Source of the DNA: Pseudidiomarina andamanensis
GTDB taxonomy: Bacteria; Pseudomonadota; Gammaproteobacteria; Enterobacterales; Alteromonadaceae
NCBI RefSeq assembly: GCF_009734345.1
Contig: NZ_CP032551.1
Span: 2,130,001 to 2,162,000, forward strand
Direction of reading: 5' to 3'
Length of the DNA stretch: 32,000 nt
Shown here piece by piece: positions 6,826 through 21,644 of this stretch (positions are counted from its first letter, which is position 1; each line of letters begins with the position of its first letter). Made by a program: the position numbers and the translations under genes. A model generated the notes under the pieces. The model was not told the origin of the DNA, did not search any database, and saw only the letters and a list, made by a program, of their open reading frames with translations.

Positions 6826-9800
6826 ATGGCGTACTCCTACTCTGAGAAAAAACGTATTCGCAAGGATTTTGGTAAACGCCCTCATGTACTTGAGGTGCCA
6901 TACCTGCTGTCAATCCAATTAGATTCATTTAAAAAATTCATCGAGCCGGATCCAGAAGGCAATAATGGCCTGGAAGCGGCATTTCGCTCAGTATTTCCAA
7001 TTACCGCTTATTCAGGTAATTCGGAACTGCAGTACGTGAGCTATCACCTTGGTGAGCCTGTATTTGACGTTCAAGAATGTCAAATTCGTGGCATCACTTA
7101 CGCAGCTCCTTTGCGGGTTAAACTGCGCCTGGTTCTTTTTGATAAAGAAGCAGCGGCAGGTACCGTTAAAGATATCAAAGAGCAAGAAGTTTACATGGGT
7201 GAAATCCCATTGATGACCGAGAACGGTACGTTTGTAATTAACGGCACCGAGCGGGTTATCGTATCTCAGTTGCACCGTTCACCAGGTGTATTCTTTGATC
7301 ATGACAAAGGTAAGACGCACTCGTCAGGTAAAGTGTTGTATAACGCTCGCGTTATTCCTTACCGTGGTTCGTGGTTGGATTTCGAATTCGACCCGAAAGA
7401 CAACGTATTCGTACGTATCGACCGTCGTCGTAAATTACCGGCGTCTATTATTCTTCGTGCACTTGAATATAGCACTGAAGAAATTCTCGATATGTTCTTC
7501 GAAACCACGTACTACCAGTTCCGCAACAAGAAAGTATTTATGCAACTGGTACCAGAGCGTTTACGTGGTGAAACTGCGAAATTCGACATCAAGAATGATG
7601 ATGGCGAAATTATCGTAGAGAAAGGCCGTCGTATTACTGCACGCCATATCAACCAAATCGCAAGCTTGAACCAGCCAGAAATGGAAGTTCCACTTGAGTA
7701 TTTGGTCGGTAAAGTTTTAGCGAAAAACTACACCGATAAGAAAACTGGTGAAGTGATTGCTGAAGCCAACGCTGAGTTAACGCTTGAGTTGCTCGCGAAA
7801 TTGCGTGAAGCCGGCTTCAAGAAATTTGAAACCTTGTTCGTGAACGACCTAGACCACGGTCCGTACATGAGCGAAACCCTGCGCATTGATTCAACTAACA
7901 ACCGTTTAGAAGCGTTGGTTGAAATCTACCGTATGATGCGTCCGGGCGAGCCGCCAACCAAAGAAGCGGCTGAGACTCTATTCGATAACTTGTTCTTCAG
8001 TGAAGATCGCTATGACTTATCGTCAGTAGGTCGTATGAAGTTCAACCGTCGCTTAGGTCGCGAAGATCTTACTGGCTCAGGTGTATTGACCAAAGAAGAT
8101 ATCGTTGAGGTGATGAAAAAGCTCATCGAAATTCGTAACGGTCAAGACGAAGTTGACGATATCGACCACTTAGGTAACCGTCGTATCCGTTCTGTGGGCG
8201 AGATGGCTGAGAACCAATTCCGTGTTGGTTTGGTTCGTGTTGAGCGCGCTGTTAAAGAACGCTTAAGCCTAGGCGACCTTGATGGCACCATGCCACAAGA
8301 CTTAATCAACGCGAAGCCAATTAGTGCTGCGGTGAAAGAGTTCTTTGGTTCAAGCCAGTTGTCACAATTTATGGATCAGAACAACCCATTGTCAGAAGTC
8401 ACGCACAAGCGTCGTATTTCTGCATTAGGTCCAGGTGGTTTGACGCGTGAGCGTGCAGGCTTCGAAGTACGTGACGTACACCCAACGCACTATGGTCGCG
8501 TATGTCCAATCGAAACCCCTGAAGGTCCAAACATCGGTCTAATCAACTCGTTGTCAACGTTCGCACGTACCAACGAATATGGTTTCTTAGAAACACCATA
8601 TCGTCGTATTGATAACGGTGTCGTAACCGATGAAGTTGATTATTTGTCAGCGATTGAAGAAGGTAACTTCGTCATTGCGCAGGCAAACGTTGCCTTGAAC
8701 GAAAAAGGTGAGTTGGTTGAAGACTTGGTTCCATGTCGTCACAAAAACGAATTCACTTTAATGTCAAAAGAGCAAGTTCAATACATGGACGTTGCTCCGC
8801 AGCAGATCGTTTCAATTGCAGCAAGCTTGATTCCGTTCCTTGAACACGATGACGCCAACCGTGCATTGATGGGTTCAAACATGCAACGTCAAGCTGTACC
8901 AACACTACGCGCTGATAAGCCGTTAGTTGGTACTGGTATTGAACGTACCGTTGCGGTTGACTCGGGTGTAACTGTTGTTGCGAAACGTGGTGGTGTCGTC
9001 GACAAAGTTGACGCTAGCCGCATTGTCGTGAAGGTAAACGAAGAAGAAATGATGCCAGGCGAAGCCGGTATCGATATTTATAACCTTGTTAAATACACCC
9101 GTTCTAACCAGAACACCTGTATTAACCAGACCCCAACTGTGAATGTTGGTGAGCCGGTAATGCGTGGCGATGTATTGGCTGACGGTCCGTCAACCGATAT
9201 GGGTGAATTGGCATTGGGTCAAAACTTACGCGTGGCGTTCATGCCATGGAATGGTTACAACTTCGAGGATTCGATTCTGATTTCAGAACGCGTGGTTCAA
9301 GAAGATCGTTTAACCACTATCCACATTCAAGAATTGAGCTGTGTGGCGCGTGATACCAAACTAGGTGCTGAAGAAGTTACTGCCGATATTCCAAACGTAG
9401 GTGAGTCTGCGCTGAACAAGCTTGACCAAGCCGGTATCGTTTATGTTGGTGCAGAAGTTTCTGGTGGCGACATCCTCGTTGGTAAAGTAACGCCGAAAGG
9501 CGAGACTCAATTAACGCCAGAAGAAAAACTGCTGCGTGCAATCTTCGGTGAAAAAGCTTCAGACGTAAAAGATAGCTCACTGCGTGTACCTAATGGTGTC
9601 ACCGGTACAGTTATCGACGTTCAAGTATTTACGCGTGATGGCGTAGAGAAAGATGCACGTGCGAAGTCTATCGAAGAAATGCAATTGAAGCAGGTTAAGA
9701 AAGACTTAACGGATGAGTTCAAGATTCTTGAAAAAGGTATCTTTGAACGTGCTCGCAGCTTGTTGTTAGCGAATGGTTTTGACGAATCTAAACTTGCAGG

Positions 9801-10854
9801 CCTTGAGCAAAGCAAGTGGTTAACGCAAAACTTGAAGAAAGAAGCTGCGCAACAACAGCTTGAGCAGATTGCACAACAGTACGAAGAAATTCGCGCCGAC
9901 TTCGACAACAAGTTCGAAAACAAGCGTCGTAAGATCGAACAGGGTGATGATTTAGCGCCTGGCGTACTGAAGATTGTTAAAGTGTACCTTGCGGTTCGTC
10001 GCCGTATCCAGCCTGGTGATAAGCTAGCTGGTCGTCACGGTAACAAAGGTGTTATCTCAACGATTGTTCCAGTTGAAGATATGCCACACGACGAACATGG
10101 CACACCAGTGGATATCGTATTGAACCCATTGGGCGTACCATCGCGGATGAACATCGGTCAGATCCTTGAAACTCACTTGGGTATGGCTGCGCGTGGCATT
10201 GGTACCAAAATCGAAAACATGATGAAGCGCCAAGCGAAAGTTGCTGAAATGCGTGAATTCTTAGACAAGGTGTACAGCTTAGGTAATACCCGTCAAGAAG
10301 TTGATATCAACGACTTTAGCGATGACGAAGTGTTACGTTTAGCGGAAAACCTGAAAAAAGGTCTTCCAACAGCAACACCTGTTTTCGATGGTGCAGTCGA
10401 AAGCGAAATTAAAGAACTACTGAAACTGGCTGATTTACCAGAATCAGGTCAGATCACGTTGTGGGATGGTCGTACTGGTGAGCGTTTTGAGCGTGATGTA
10501 ACGGTTGGTTACATGTACATGCTGAAACTAAACCACTTGGTTGACGACAAGATGCACGCGCGTTCTACCGGTTCATACAGCTTGGTTACTCAGCAGCCGC
10601 TGGGTGGTAAAGCACAGTTCGGTGGTCAGCGCTTCGGTGAGATGGAAGTGTGGGCACTGGAAGCATACGGTGCTGCTTATACGTTGCAGGAAATGTTGAC
10701 GGTGAAATCGGACGACGTAAACGGTCGTACGAAGATGTACAAAAACATTGTCGACAACGATCTGCGCATGGAAGCAGGTATGCCGGAATCCTTCAATGTA
10801 CTTCTGAAGGAAATCCGCTCGCTTGGTATCAACATCGAGTTGGACCAAGACTGA
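6826..10854 (+). CDS. rpoB: DNA-directed RNA polymerase subunit beta
   Basis: 1342 aa, the same length as E. coli Rpo[20 protein letters not shown]..., with the rifampicin-cluster region ...[34 protein letters not shown]... Confidence 0.99.
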   Translation: MAYSYSEKKRIRKDFGKRPHVLEVPYLLSIQLDSFKKFIEPDPEGNNGLEAAFRSVFPITAYSGNSELQYVSYHLGEPVFDVQECQIRGITYAAPLRVKLRLVLFDKEAAAGTVKDIKEQEVYMGEIPLMTENGTFVINGTERVIVSQLHRSPGVFFDHDKGKTHSSGKVLYNARVIPYRGSWLDFEFDPKDNVFVRIDRRRKLPASIILRALEYSTEEILDMFFETTYYQFRNKKVFMQLVPERLRGETAKFDIKNDDGEIIVEKGRRITARHINQIASLNQPEMEVPLEYLVGKVLAKNYTDKKTGEVIAEANAELTLELLAKLREAGFKKFETLFVNDLDHGPYMSETLRIDSTNNRLEALVEIYRMMRPGEPPTKEAAETLFDNLFFSEDRYDLSSVGRMKFNRRLGREDLTGSGVLTKEDIVEVMKKLIEIRNGQDEVDDIDHLGNRRIRSVGEMAENQFRVGLVRVERAVKERLSLGDLDGTMPQDLINAKPISAAVKEFFGSSQLSQFMDQNNPLSEVTHKRRISALGPGGLTRERAGFEVRDVHPTHYGRVCPIETPEGPNIGLINSLSTFARTNEYGFLETPYRRIDNGVVTDEVDYLSAIEEGNFVIAQANVALNEKGELVEDLVPCRHKNEFTLMSKEQVQYMDVAPQQIVSIAASLIPFLEHDDANRALMGSNMQRQAVPTLRADKPLVGTGIERTVAVDSGVTVVAKRGGVVDKVDASRIVVKVNEEEMMPGEAGIDIYNLVKYTRSNQNTCINQTPTVNVGEPVMRGDVLADGPSTDMGELALGQNLRVAFMPWNGYNFEDSILISERVVQEDRLTTIHIQELSCVARDTKLGAEEVTADIPNVGESALNKLDQAGIVYVGAEVSGGDILVGKVTPKGETQLTPEEKLLRAIFGEKASDVKDSSLRVPNGVTGTVIDVQVFTRDGVEKDARAKSIEEMQLKQVKKDLTDEFKILEKGIFERARSLLLANGFDESKLAGLEQSKWLTQNLKKEAAQQQLEQIAQQYEEIRADFDNKFENKRRKIEQGDDLAPGVLKIVKVYLAVRRRIQPGDKLAGRHGNKGVISTIVPVEDMPHDEHGTPVDIVLNPLGVPSRMNIGQILETHLGMAARGIGTKIENMMKRQAKVAEMREFLDKVYSLGNTRQEVDINDFSDDEVLRLAENLKKGLPTATPVFDGAVESEIKELLKLADLPESGQITLWDGRTGERFERDVTVGYMYMLKLNHLVDDKMHARSTGSYSLVTQQPLGGKAQFGGQRFGEMEVWALEAYGAAYTLQEMLTVKSDDVNGRTKMYKNIVDNDLRMEAGMPESFNVLLKEIRSLGINIELDQD

Positions 10855-10889
10855 GACACCACCGGACGCTATTTGCCAGGAGATAAATC

Positions 10890-15128
<4,239 letters not shown>

Positions 15129-15162
15129 GCCGTTGCTTTAACGAGCAAAATATAGTGTGAGA

Positions 15163-15191
15163 GGCCGTTCGCATTAGCGAGCGGCCTTTTT
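15163..15191 (+). terminator. rho-independent terminator after rpoC
   Basis: GGCCGTTCGC-ATTA-GCGAGCGGCC (10-bp stem, one G-U) followed by TTTTT. Confidence 0.8.
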
Positions 15192-15208
15192 ATTTCCGTC
15201 GCTTTTCC

Positions 15209-15237
15209 TTGACAGTCCAATTATTGACCATTAAAAT
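15209..15237 (+). promoter_or_regulatory. str operon (rpsL) promoter: -35 TTGACA (15209-15214), 17-nt spacer, -10 TAAAAT (15232-15237)
   Basis: Consensus -35, optimal spacing and a 5/6 match at -10, read directly. Lies immediately after the rpoC terminator and about 118 nt before rpsL. Confidence 0.65.
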
Positions 15238-15354
15238 TCGGCCTCCCCATATTTGGGCGATTAGCTCGTGGCTTGTCGACAGCAAGCTTAAAAATAGGGG
15301 GAAACTTGGATTTTTCATTCTGTTGAGCGACATCAACATAATCAGGAGTAATGA

Positions 15355-15729
15355 ATGGCAACAGTTAATCAGCTGGTGCGCAAAGGTCGTCAAAAGCCGG
15401 TTGTGAAAAGCAACGTTCCGGCACTTGAGGCTTGCCCACAAAAACGCGGCGTATGTACCCGTGTTTACACTACTACCCCGAAGAAGCCAAACTCTGCACT
15501 GCGTAAAGTATGCCGTGTACGTTTGACTAACGGCTACGAAGTTTCTTCGTACATTGGTGGTGAAGGTCACAACTTGCAAGAACACTCAGTCGTATTGATT
15601 CGCGGCGGTCGTGTAAAAGACTTGCCAGGTGTTCGTTATCACACAGTTCGTGGTGCTCTCGACTGTGCAGGCGTGAATGATCGTCGCCAAGCACGTTCTA
15701 AGTACGGCGCGAAACGGCCTAAGTCTTAA
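15355..15729 (+). CDS. rpsL: 30S ribosomal protein S12
   Basis: 124 aa. [14 protein letters not shown]...[21 protein letters not shown] is the canonical S12 sequence. Confidence 0.99.
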   Translation: MATVNQLVRKGRQKPVVKSNVPALEACPQKRGVCTRVYTTTPKKPNSALRKVCRVRLTNGYEVSSYIGGEGHNLQEHSVVLIRGGRVKDLPGVRYHTVRGALDCAGVNDRRQARSKYGAKRPKS

Positions 15730-15790
15730 CGGTTCTCCGTTAGTAAGGCCAAACTGTAATTTATAAGTTTTGGGGAATACCCTGAATTAA

Positions 15791-16276
<486 letters not shown>

Positions 16277-16303
16277 ATTCACAGTTAACCCAAAGAGGAA
16301 TTT

Positions 16304-18433
16304 ATGGCTCGACAAACATCGATTGAGCGTTACCGTAACATCGGTATCTGTGCTCACGTAGACGCTGGTAAAACAACCACTACAGAACGTGTGTTGTTCT
16401 ACACCGGCTTGTCTCACAAATTAGGTGAGGTACATGACGGTGCAGCGACTACCGACTGGATGGAGCAAGAACAAGAGCGTGGTATTACTATTACCTCTGC
16501 TGCTGTAACTGCTTTCTGGAAAGGTATGGATCAGCAGTTCCCAGAACACCGTATCAACGTTATCGATACGCCAGGACACGTTGACTTCACTATCGAAGTA
16601 GAACGTTCACTGCGTGTACTTGATGGCGCGGTAGTTGTTTTGTGTGGTTCTTCTGGCGTACAGCCGCAAACTGAAACCGTATGGCGTCAAGCAGACAAGT
16701 ACGAAGTTCCACGTATGGTATTCGTCAACAAGATGGACCGTGCTGGTGCTGACTTCTTGCGCGTTGTAGGTCAAATCAAAACCCGTTTGGCTGCAACTCC
16801 AGTTCCAATTCATTTGAACATCGGTGCTGAAGATAACTTCAAAGGCGTTGTTGATTTGATCAAGATGAAAGCTATTAACTGGAATGAAGAAGACCAGGGT
16901 ATGACTTTCAACTATGAAGCAATTCCAGCGGAACTGAAAGACAAAGCTGAAGAAATGCACAACGACTTGGTTGAAGCAGCTGCTGAAGCCAACGAAGAGC
17001 TGATGAACAAATACCTTGAAGAAGGTGAGTTGACTGAAGCTGAAATTAAGGCTGGTTTGCGTCAGCGTACGCTGAACAACGAAATCATCCTTTGCTTGTG
17101 TGGTTCTGCGTTTAAAAACAAAGGCGTTCAAGCAATGCTTGACGCGGTTATCGAATACTTACCTTCACCAACTGAAGTTAAAGCTATTCGTGGTATTTTG
17201 GAAGACGAATCTGAAGGCGTGCGTAAGTCATCTGACGACGAGCCGTTCTCAGCATTGGCATTCAAAATCGCAACCGACCCATTCGTAGGTACTTTGACCT
17301 TCTTGCGCGTATACTCGGGCGTTCTGTCTCAGGGCGACACCGTATACAACCCAGTGAAGAGCAAGCGCGAGCGTATCGGCCGTATGGTACAGATGCACGC
17401 AAACGACCGTAAAGAAATCAAAGAAATCTTGGCGGGCGACATTGCAGCAGCTATCGGTTTGAAAGATGTGACTACTGGTGACACTTTGTGTGACCCGAAC
17501 AACATCATTACGCTTGAGCGTATGGAATTCCCAGAGCCAGTAATCTCTGTTGCTGTAGAACCAAAAACTAAAGCTGACCAAGAAAAAATGGGTATCGCTT
17601 TAGGTAAATTGGCTGCAGAAGATCCATCGTTCCGCGTTAAAACCGACGAAGAGTCTGGCCAGACAATCATCTCTGGTATGGGTGAGCTTCACCTAGACAT
17701 CATCGTTGACCGTATGAAGCGTGAGTTCAAAGTTGAATGTAACGTTGGTAAACCTCAGGTTGCTTACCGTGAAACTATCCGTCAGAAAGTGGAAGTTGAA
17801 GGTAAATTCGTACGTCAATCAGGTGGTCGTGGTCAGTTCGGTCACGTTTGGTTACGTATCGAGCCAATGGATTTCGATGCGAACGACGATGATGCACCAA
17901 ACTACGAATTCGTTAACGAAATCGTTGGTGGTGTGGTACCGAAGGAATATATTCCTGCGGTAGACAAAGGTATCCAAGAGCAAATGCAAAATGGTGTAAT
18001 TGCTGGTTACCCAGTACTTGGCGTGAAAGCGACCTTGTACGATGGTTCATACCACGATGTCGACTCATCAGAAATGGCGTTCAAAATCGCTGGTAGCATG
18101 GCATTCAAGAAAGGTGCTCAACAAGCTAAACCAGCATTGCTTGAACCAATGATGAAAGTTGAAGTTGTTACCCCTGAAGACTTCATGGGTGACGTAGTTG
18201 GTGACTTGAACCGTCGTCGCGGTATCATCGAGGGCATGGAAGATGGTCCTGGTGGTCTGAAAGAAGTTCGTGCGCAAGTTCCATTATCAGAAATGTTCGG
18301 TTACGCTACTGACCTGCGTTCGCAGACTCAGGGCCGTGCATCGTATGCGATGGAATTCTTGAAGTACGCTGAAGCACCAAACAACATTGCTGAGCAGGTA
18401 ATTGCTGCTCGTCAGGTTAAAGATAAAGATTAA
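16304..18433 (+). CDS. fusA: elongation factor G
   Basis: 709 aa. [37 protein letters not shown]-motifs. Standard position between rpsG and tufA. Confidence 0.99.
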   Translation: MARQTSIERYRNIGICAHVDAGKTTTTERVLFYTGLSHKLGEVHDGAATTDWMEQEQERGITITSAAVTAFWKGMDQQFPEHRINVIDTPGHVDFTIEVERSLRVLDGAVVVLCGSSGVQPQTETVWRQADKYEVPRMVFVNKMDRAGADFLRVVGQIKTRLAATPVPIHLNIGAEDNFKGVVDLIKMKAINWNEEDQGMTFNYEAIPAELKDKAEEMHNDLVEAAAEANEELMNKYLEEGELTEAEIKAGLRQRTLNNEIILCLCGSAFKNKGVQAMLDAVIEYLPSPTEVKAIRGILEDESEGVRKSSDDEPFSALAFKIATDPFVGTLTFLRVYSGVLSQGDTVYNPVKSKRERIGRMVQMHANDRKEIKEILAGDIAAAIGLKDVTTGDTLCDPNNIITLERMEFPEPVISVAVEPKTKADQEKMGIALGKLAAEDPSFRVKTDEESGQTIISGMGELHLDIIVDRMKREFKVECNVGKPQVAYRETIRQKVEVEGKFVRQSGGRGQFGHVWLRIEPMDFDANDDDAPNYEFVNEIVGGVVPKEYIPAVDKGIQEQMQNGVIAGYPVLGVKATLYDGSYHDVDSSEMAFKIAGSMAFKKGAQQAKPALLEPMMKVEVVTPEDFMGDVVGDLNRRRGIIEGMEDGPGGLKEVRAQVPLSEMFGYATDLRSQTQGRASYAMEFLKYAEAPNNIAEQVIAARQVKDKD

Positions 18434-18443
18434 GTAGAGTCTG

Positions 18444-18471
18444 GTCCGGTTCTACCAAGGACCGGACTTTT
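18444..18471 (+). terminator. fusA-tufA intergenic hairpin with short T-run (possible attenuator or processing/stability element)
   Basis: GTCCGGTTC-TACCAA-GGACCGGAC (9-bp stem with one G-U) followed by TTTT. Lies 10 nt after the fusA stop and 22 nt before the tufA ATG. Confidence 0.4.
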
Positions 18472-18492
18472 AACTTAAGTTAAGGAAAAGTC

Positions 18493-19677
18493 ATGGCAAA
18501 AGAAAAATTTGAACGTTCCAAACCGCACGTTAACGTCGGTACTATCGGCCACGTTGACCACGGTAAAACTACTCTGACCGCTGCGATCACCACAGTATTG
18601 GCGAAAACCTACGGTGGTTCAGCACGTGCATTCGATCAAATCGATAACGCACCAGAAGAAAAAGCGCGTGGTATTACCATCGCAACTTCACACGTAGAGT
18701 ACGATACTCCATCACGTCACTACGCACACGTAGACTGCCCAGGGCACGCTGACTATGTTAAAAACATGATCACCGGTGCTGCGCAGATGGACGGCGCTAT
18801 CTTGGTAGTAGCTGCAACTGACGGCCCAATGCCACAAACGCGTGAGCACATCTTGTTGTCACGTCAGGTAGGCGTTCCATACATCATCGTTTTCATGAAC
18901 AAATGTGACATGGTAGACGACGAAGAGTTGTTGGAATTGGTAGAGATGGAAGTACGTGAACTTCTTTCTGAGTACGATTTCCCAGGCGACGATTTGCCAG
19001 TAATCCAAGGTTCAGCATTGAAAGCATTGGAAGGCGAAGAGAAGTGGGAAAAGAAAATCATCGAATTGGCAGAAGCTTTGGATTCATACATCCCAGAGCC
19101 AGAGCGTGATATCGACAAGCCGTTCATCATGCCAATCGAAGACGTATTCTCAATCTCTGGCCGTGGTACAGTAGTAACTGGTCGTGTAGAGCGTGGTATC
19201 GTTCGCACTGGTGACGAAGTAGAAATCGTAGGTATCCAAGATACGACGAAGACGACTGTAACTGGTGTTGAAATGTTCCGTAAATTGCTTGACGAAGGTC
19301 GTGCAGGCGAGAACATCGGTGCCTTGTTGCGTGGTACTAAGCGTGACGAGATCCAACGTGGTCAAGTATTGGCGAAGCCAGGTTCAATCACGCCACACAC
19401 TCAGTTTGAAGCTGAAGTGTACGTATTGACCAAAGAAGAAGGTGGTCGTCACACCCCATTCTTCAAAGGCTACCGTCCACAGTTCTACTTCCGTACCACT
19501 GACGTAACTGGCGCAGTACAGTTACCAGAAGGCGTAGAAATGGTCATGCCAGGCGACAACCTGAAGTTCGTAGTCGAACTGATTCACCCAATCGCAATGG
19601 ACGAAGGTCTTCGTTTCGCGATTCGTGAAGGTGGTCGTACAGTAGGCGCAGGCGTTGTATCTAAGATCATCGCTTAA
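18493..19677 (+). CDS. tufA: elongation factor Tu, str-operon copy
   Basis: Protein identical to the copy at 1534..2718. I spotted only two DNA differences, both synonymous (C1716 vs T18675, A2199 vs T19158). Confidence 0.98.
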   Translation: MAKEKFERSKPHVNVGTIGHVDHGKTTLTAAITTVLAKTYGGSARAFDQIDNAPEEKARGITIATSHVEYDTPSRHYAHVDCPGHADYVKNMITGAAQMDGAILVVAATDGPMPQTREHILLSRQVGVPYIIVFMNKCDMVDDEELLELVEMEVRELLSEYDFPGDDLPVIQGSALKALEGEEKWEKKIIELAEALDSYIPEPERDIDKPFIMPIEDVFSISGRGTVVTGRVERGIVRTGDEVEIVGIQDTTKTTVTGVEMFRKLLDEGRAGENIGALLRGTKRDEIQRGQVLAKPGSITPHTQFEAEVYVLTKEEGGRHTPFFKGYRPQFYFRTTDVTGAVQLPEGVEMVMPGDNLKFVVELIHPIAMDEGLRFAIREGGRTVGAGVVSKIIA

Positions 19678-19715
19678 TGCGTAGCCCGGCGTTCTACGCC
19701 GGGTTGTTTAGAAAG

Positions 19716-19737
19716 GGGAGCTTCGGCTCCCTTTTTT
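19716..19737 (+). terminator. rho-independent terminator after tufA: GGGAGC-TTCG-GCTCCC followed by T6
   Basis: Same hairpin as after tufB. A copy-specific hairpin CCCGGCG-TTCTA-CGCCGGG (19685-19703) precedes it. Confidence 0.8.
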
Positions 19738-19747
19738 ATTTCTGAGA

Positions 19748-19845
19748 GCGTTACTCGTTATTCGATCGCTGCGCTTGTCGTTATTCGTTAAAGCAAAACA
19801 CTAAAGACGAATAACGAATAACGAATAACGAATAACGAATAACGC
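19748..19845 (+). repeat. heptad-palindrome element copy E4 (98 nt): five perfect CGAATAA heptads (19808-19842)
   Basis: GCGTTACTCGTTATTCGATCGCTGCGCTTGTCGTTATTCGTTAAAGCAAAACACTAAAGA (CGAATAA)x5 CGC. Colinear with E1. Confidence 0.9.
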
Positions 19846-19879
19846 TTTTGCAGTTTCCCTTGACTTTGAAGGCTGATGT

Positions 19880-20689
19880 GTGAAGGATACACAAGAGTTT
19901 GACGGAGTAAATGAAGCCTTGAAGTACTTAATAACTATAATAACAATACTATCTGGTTTGTTTTTTCATGCGACTGCGGAGCCGATTCAGGTTCGCGTTG
20001 CTGCTTACGAGTACCCACCATATTACTCTGAAAACATGCAATCGCATTTGGTCGGTGAAATTATTGATGCCTTGAACCAAATGCAACGCGAGTACCACTT
20101 CACACTTGAACCGATTGCCCCGAATGCCCGTTATGATGCTCTAAGTGCTGAAGGTTGCTGCGATTTGATGTTATTTGAAGATATAGCTTGGGGATGGCGT
20201 AACCAAGAAATTGACCTTCATGTTACCGAACCATTATTGATAGGTCGTGAGCGTTTTGTCACGCTGAAACATCTTAACCGTGACCAGCGTTTCTTCGAGA
20301 CAAAAGGGCTACGATTTGGCGGCATTGTTGGGTATCACTATCCGTTTGCTGAGAACGAGAAAGACCATCGTATTTTGGAAGAAAAATACGGCATTTATTT
20401 AGGCCACTCGCATGAAGTGAATTTGCAGATGTTATTGAATGGGCGACTCGATCTCATCATGCTTTCTGATCAGTATCTTGCCGCACGAGTTTCTAAAACC
20501 GTAAGAGAGCAATTACTCGTTTCTGACAAGCCATATGGCGTTTTCAATATGGCGACCATCATCAATAAGAACAAGAAAGTAGATGCGTTGCGCGTCGAAC
20601 GTTTCATTACGAATTTGCAAAAGAATGGGACGCTTAAAACTATTTTTAAGCGCTTTCACTTAAAGACAGCAAGCAACAACAATAGTTAG
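19880..20689 (+). CDS. periplasmic solute-binding protein, family-3-like (orphan: no ABC permease or ATPase nearby)
   Basis: ORF of 269 aa. In-frame TTG 19919 would give MKYLITIITILSGLFFHATA/EP, a plausible signal peptide, so the true start may be 19919 rather than GTG 19880. The mature part (IQVRVAAYEYPPYY..., LDLIMLSDQY) resembles type-3 amino-acid-binding SBPs. The family assignment is by eye only. Confidence 0.55.
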   Translation: MKDTQEFDGVNEALKYLITIITILSGLFFHATAEPIQVRVAAYEYPPYYSENMQSHLVGEIIDALNQMQREYHFTLEPIAPNARYDALSAEGCCDLMLFEDIAWGWRNQEIDLHVTEPLLIGRERFVTLKHLNRDQRFFETKGLRFGGIVGYHYPFAENEKDHRILEEKYGIYLGHSHEVNLQMLLNGRLDLIMLSDQYLAARVSKTVREQLLVSDKPYGVFNMATIINKNKKVDALRVERFITNLQKNGTLKTIFKRFHLKTASNNNS

Positions 20690-21642
20690 TAGACGCTAAG
20701 ACCCAGTTTGTTGGCTAGTTCACGAATCATAAACATCCCTCGAGCTGAGTTGCCGTAATTATTAAGCGGCGGGCTCCACGCAGTAATCACACCATAGTCT
20801 GGAACGATGGCAACGATGCCACCGCCAACCCCACTCTTCGCTGGTAAGCCAACGGTGAATGCGAATTGACCTGATTGATCGTACATGCCACTGGTACTCA
20901 ACAACGCATTGATGCGCTGCGCGTTACGGTGTGAAGTGATTTGTGCGCCGCTACGCGGGCATTTACCACGGTTGGCAAGAAAAGCCAAACTGCGAGCGAG
21001 CTGTTCGGTTGTCATTGTTAGAGCGCATTGCCAGAAATAGTGGTCTAAAACTTCTTCAACATCCGCTTCAATGTTGCCAAAGCTCTTCATTAAGTAAGCA
21101 AGAGCTGCATTGCGAGCTCCGTGCGCGCGTTCTGACTCATGCACGCGGGAATCGACACAAACATCTTCGCTACCACACAAACCGCGCACCATACTGAGCA
21201 ACGCTGATTTACTGGCAGAATAGTGACTCACTAAAACGTCGCTGACTAATAGCGCTCCGGCATTGATCATCGGGTTACGCGGTATTCCCTTTTCCCATTC
21301 CAACTGAACGATAGAATTAAAGGGTTGTCCGGAAGGCTCCATTTGAACCCGCTCCCATAGCGGGTCGCCAAGGCGTTCCATGGCGAGCATCAAACCAAAG
21401 ATTTTAGAAATCGACTGAATAGAGAATACTTGGTCGGAATCGCCAACCGAAGTCACCTTGCCATCGAGTGTCGCGACGGTGAGAGCGCAGTAGTCAGACT
21501 TTACTTCTGCCAGTGCTGGGATGTAATCAGCAACCTTGCCATCGTTCACCGAGAACGCTTGTTGAAGAATACTCTCCAACAAGGGTTTTAAATTATCCGG
21601 TGCATGGATGGATTGACCACCACTGATCACATCTGTCGTCAT
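20686..21642 (-). CDS. glsA: glutaminase
   Basis: 318 aa with the serine-beta-lactamase-like glutaminase signature FSIQSISKIF plus ...NPMINAGAL... and ...GLPAKSGVGGGIVA... motifs. Confidence 0.85.
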   Translation of the reverse strand: MTTDVISGGQSIHAPDNLKPLLESILQQAFSVNDGKVADYIPALAEVKSDYCALTVATLDGKVTSVGDSDQVFSIQSISKIFGLMLAMERLGDPLWERVQMEPSGQPFNSIVQLEWEKGIPRNPMINAGALLVSDVLVSHYSASKSALLSMVRGLCGSEDVCVDSRVHESERAHGARNAALAYLMKSFGNIEADVEEVLDHYFWQCALTMTTEQLARSLAFLANRGKCPRSGAQITSHRNAQRINALLSTSGMYDQSGQFAFTVGLPAKSGVGGGIVAIVPDYGVITAWSPPLNNYGNSARGMFMIRELANKLGLSVY

Positions 21643-21644
21643 GA

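Noticed and set aside
15190-15585. 131-aa minus-strand ORF and the 15209..15406 plus-strand ORF
   Set aside because: They overlap the rpoC terminator, the rpsL promoter and leader, and the 5' half of rpsL. The conserved S12 frame explains the region.
16607-17131. 174-aa minus-strand ORF, the longest unassigned ORF in the track
   Set aside because: It lies wholly antisense within fusA, has a Phe/Val-rich composition typical of antisense frames, and has no independent signals.
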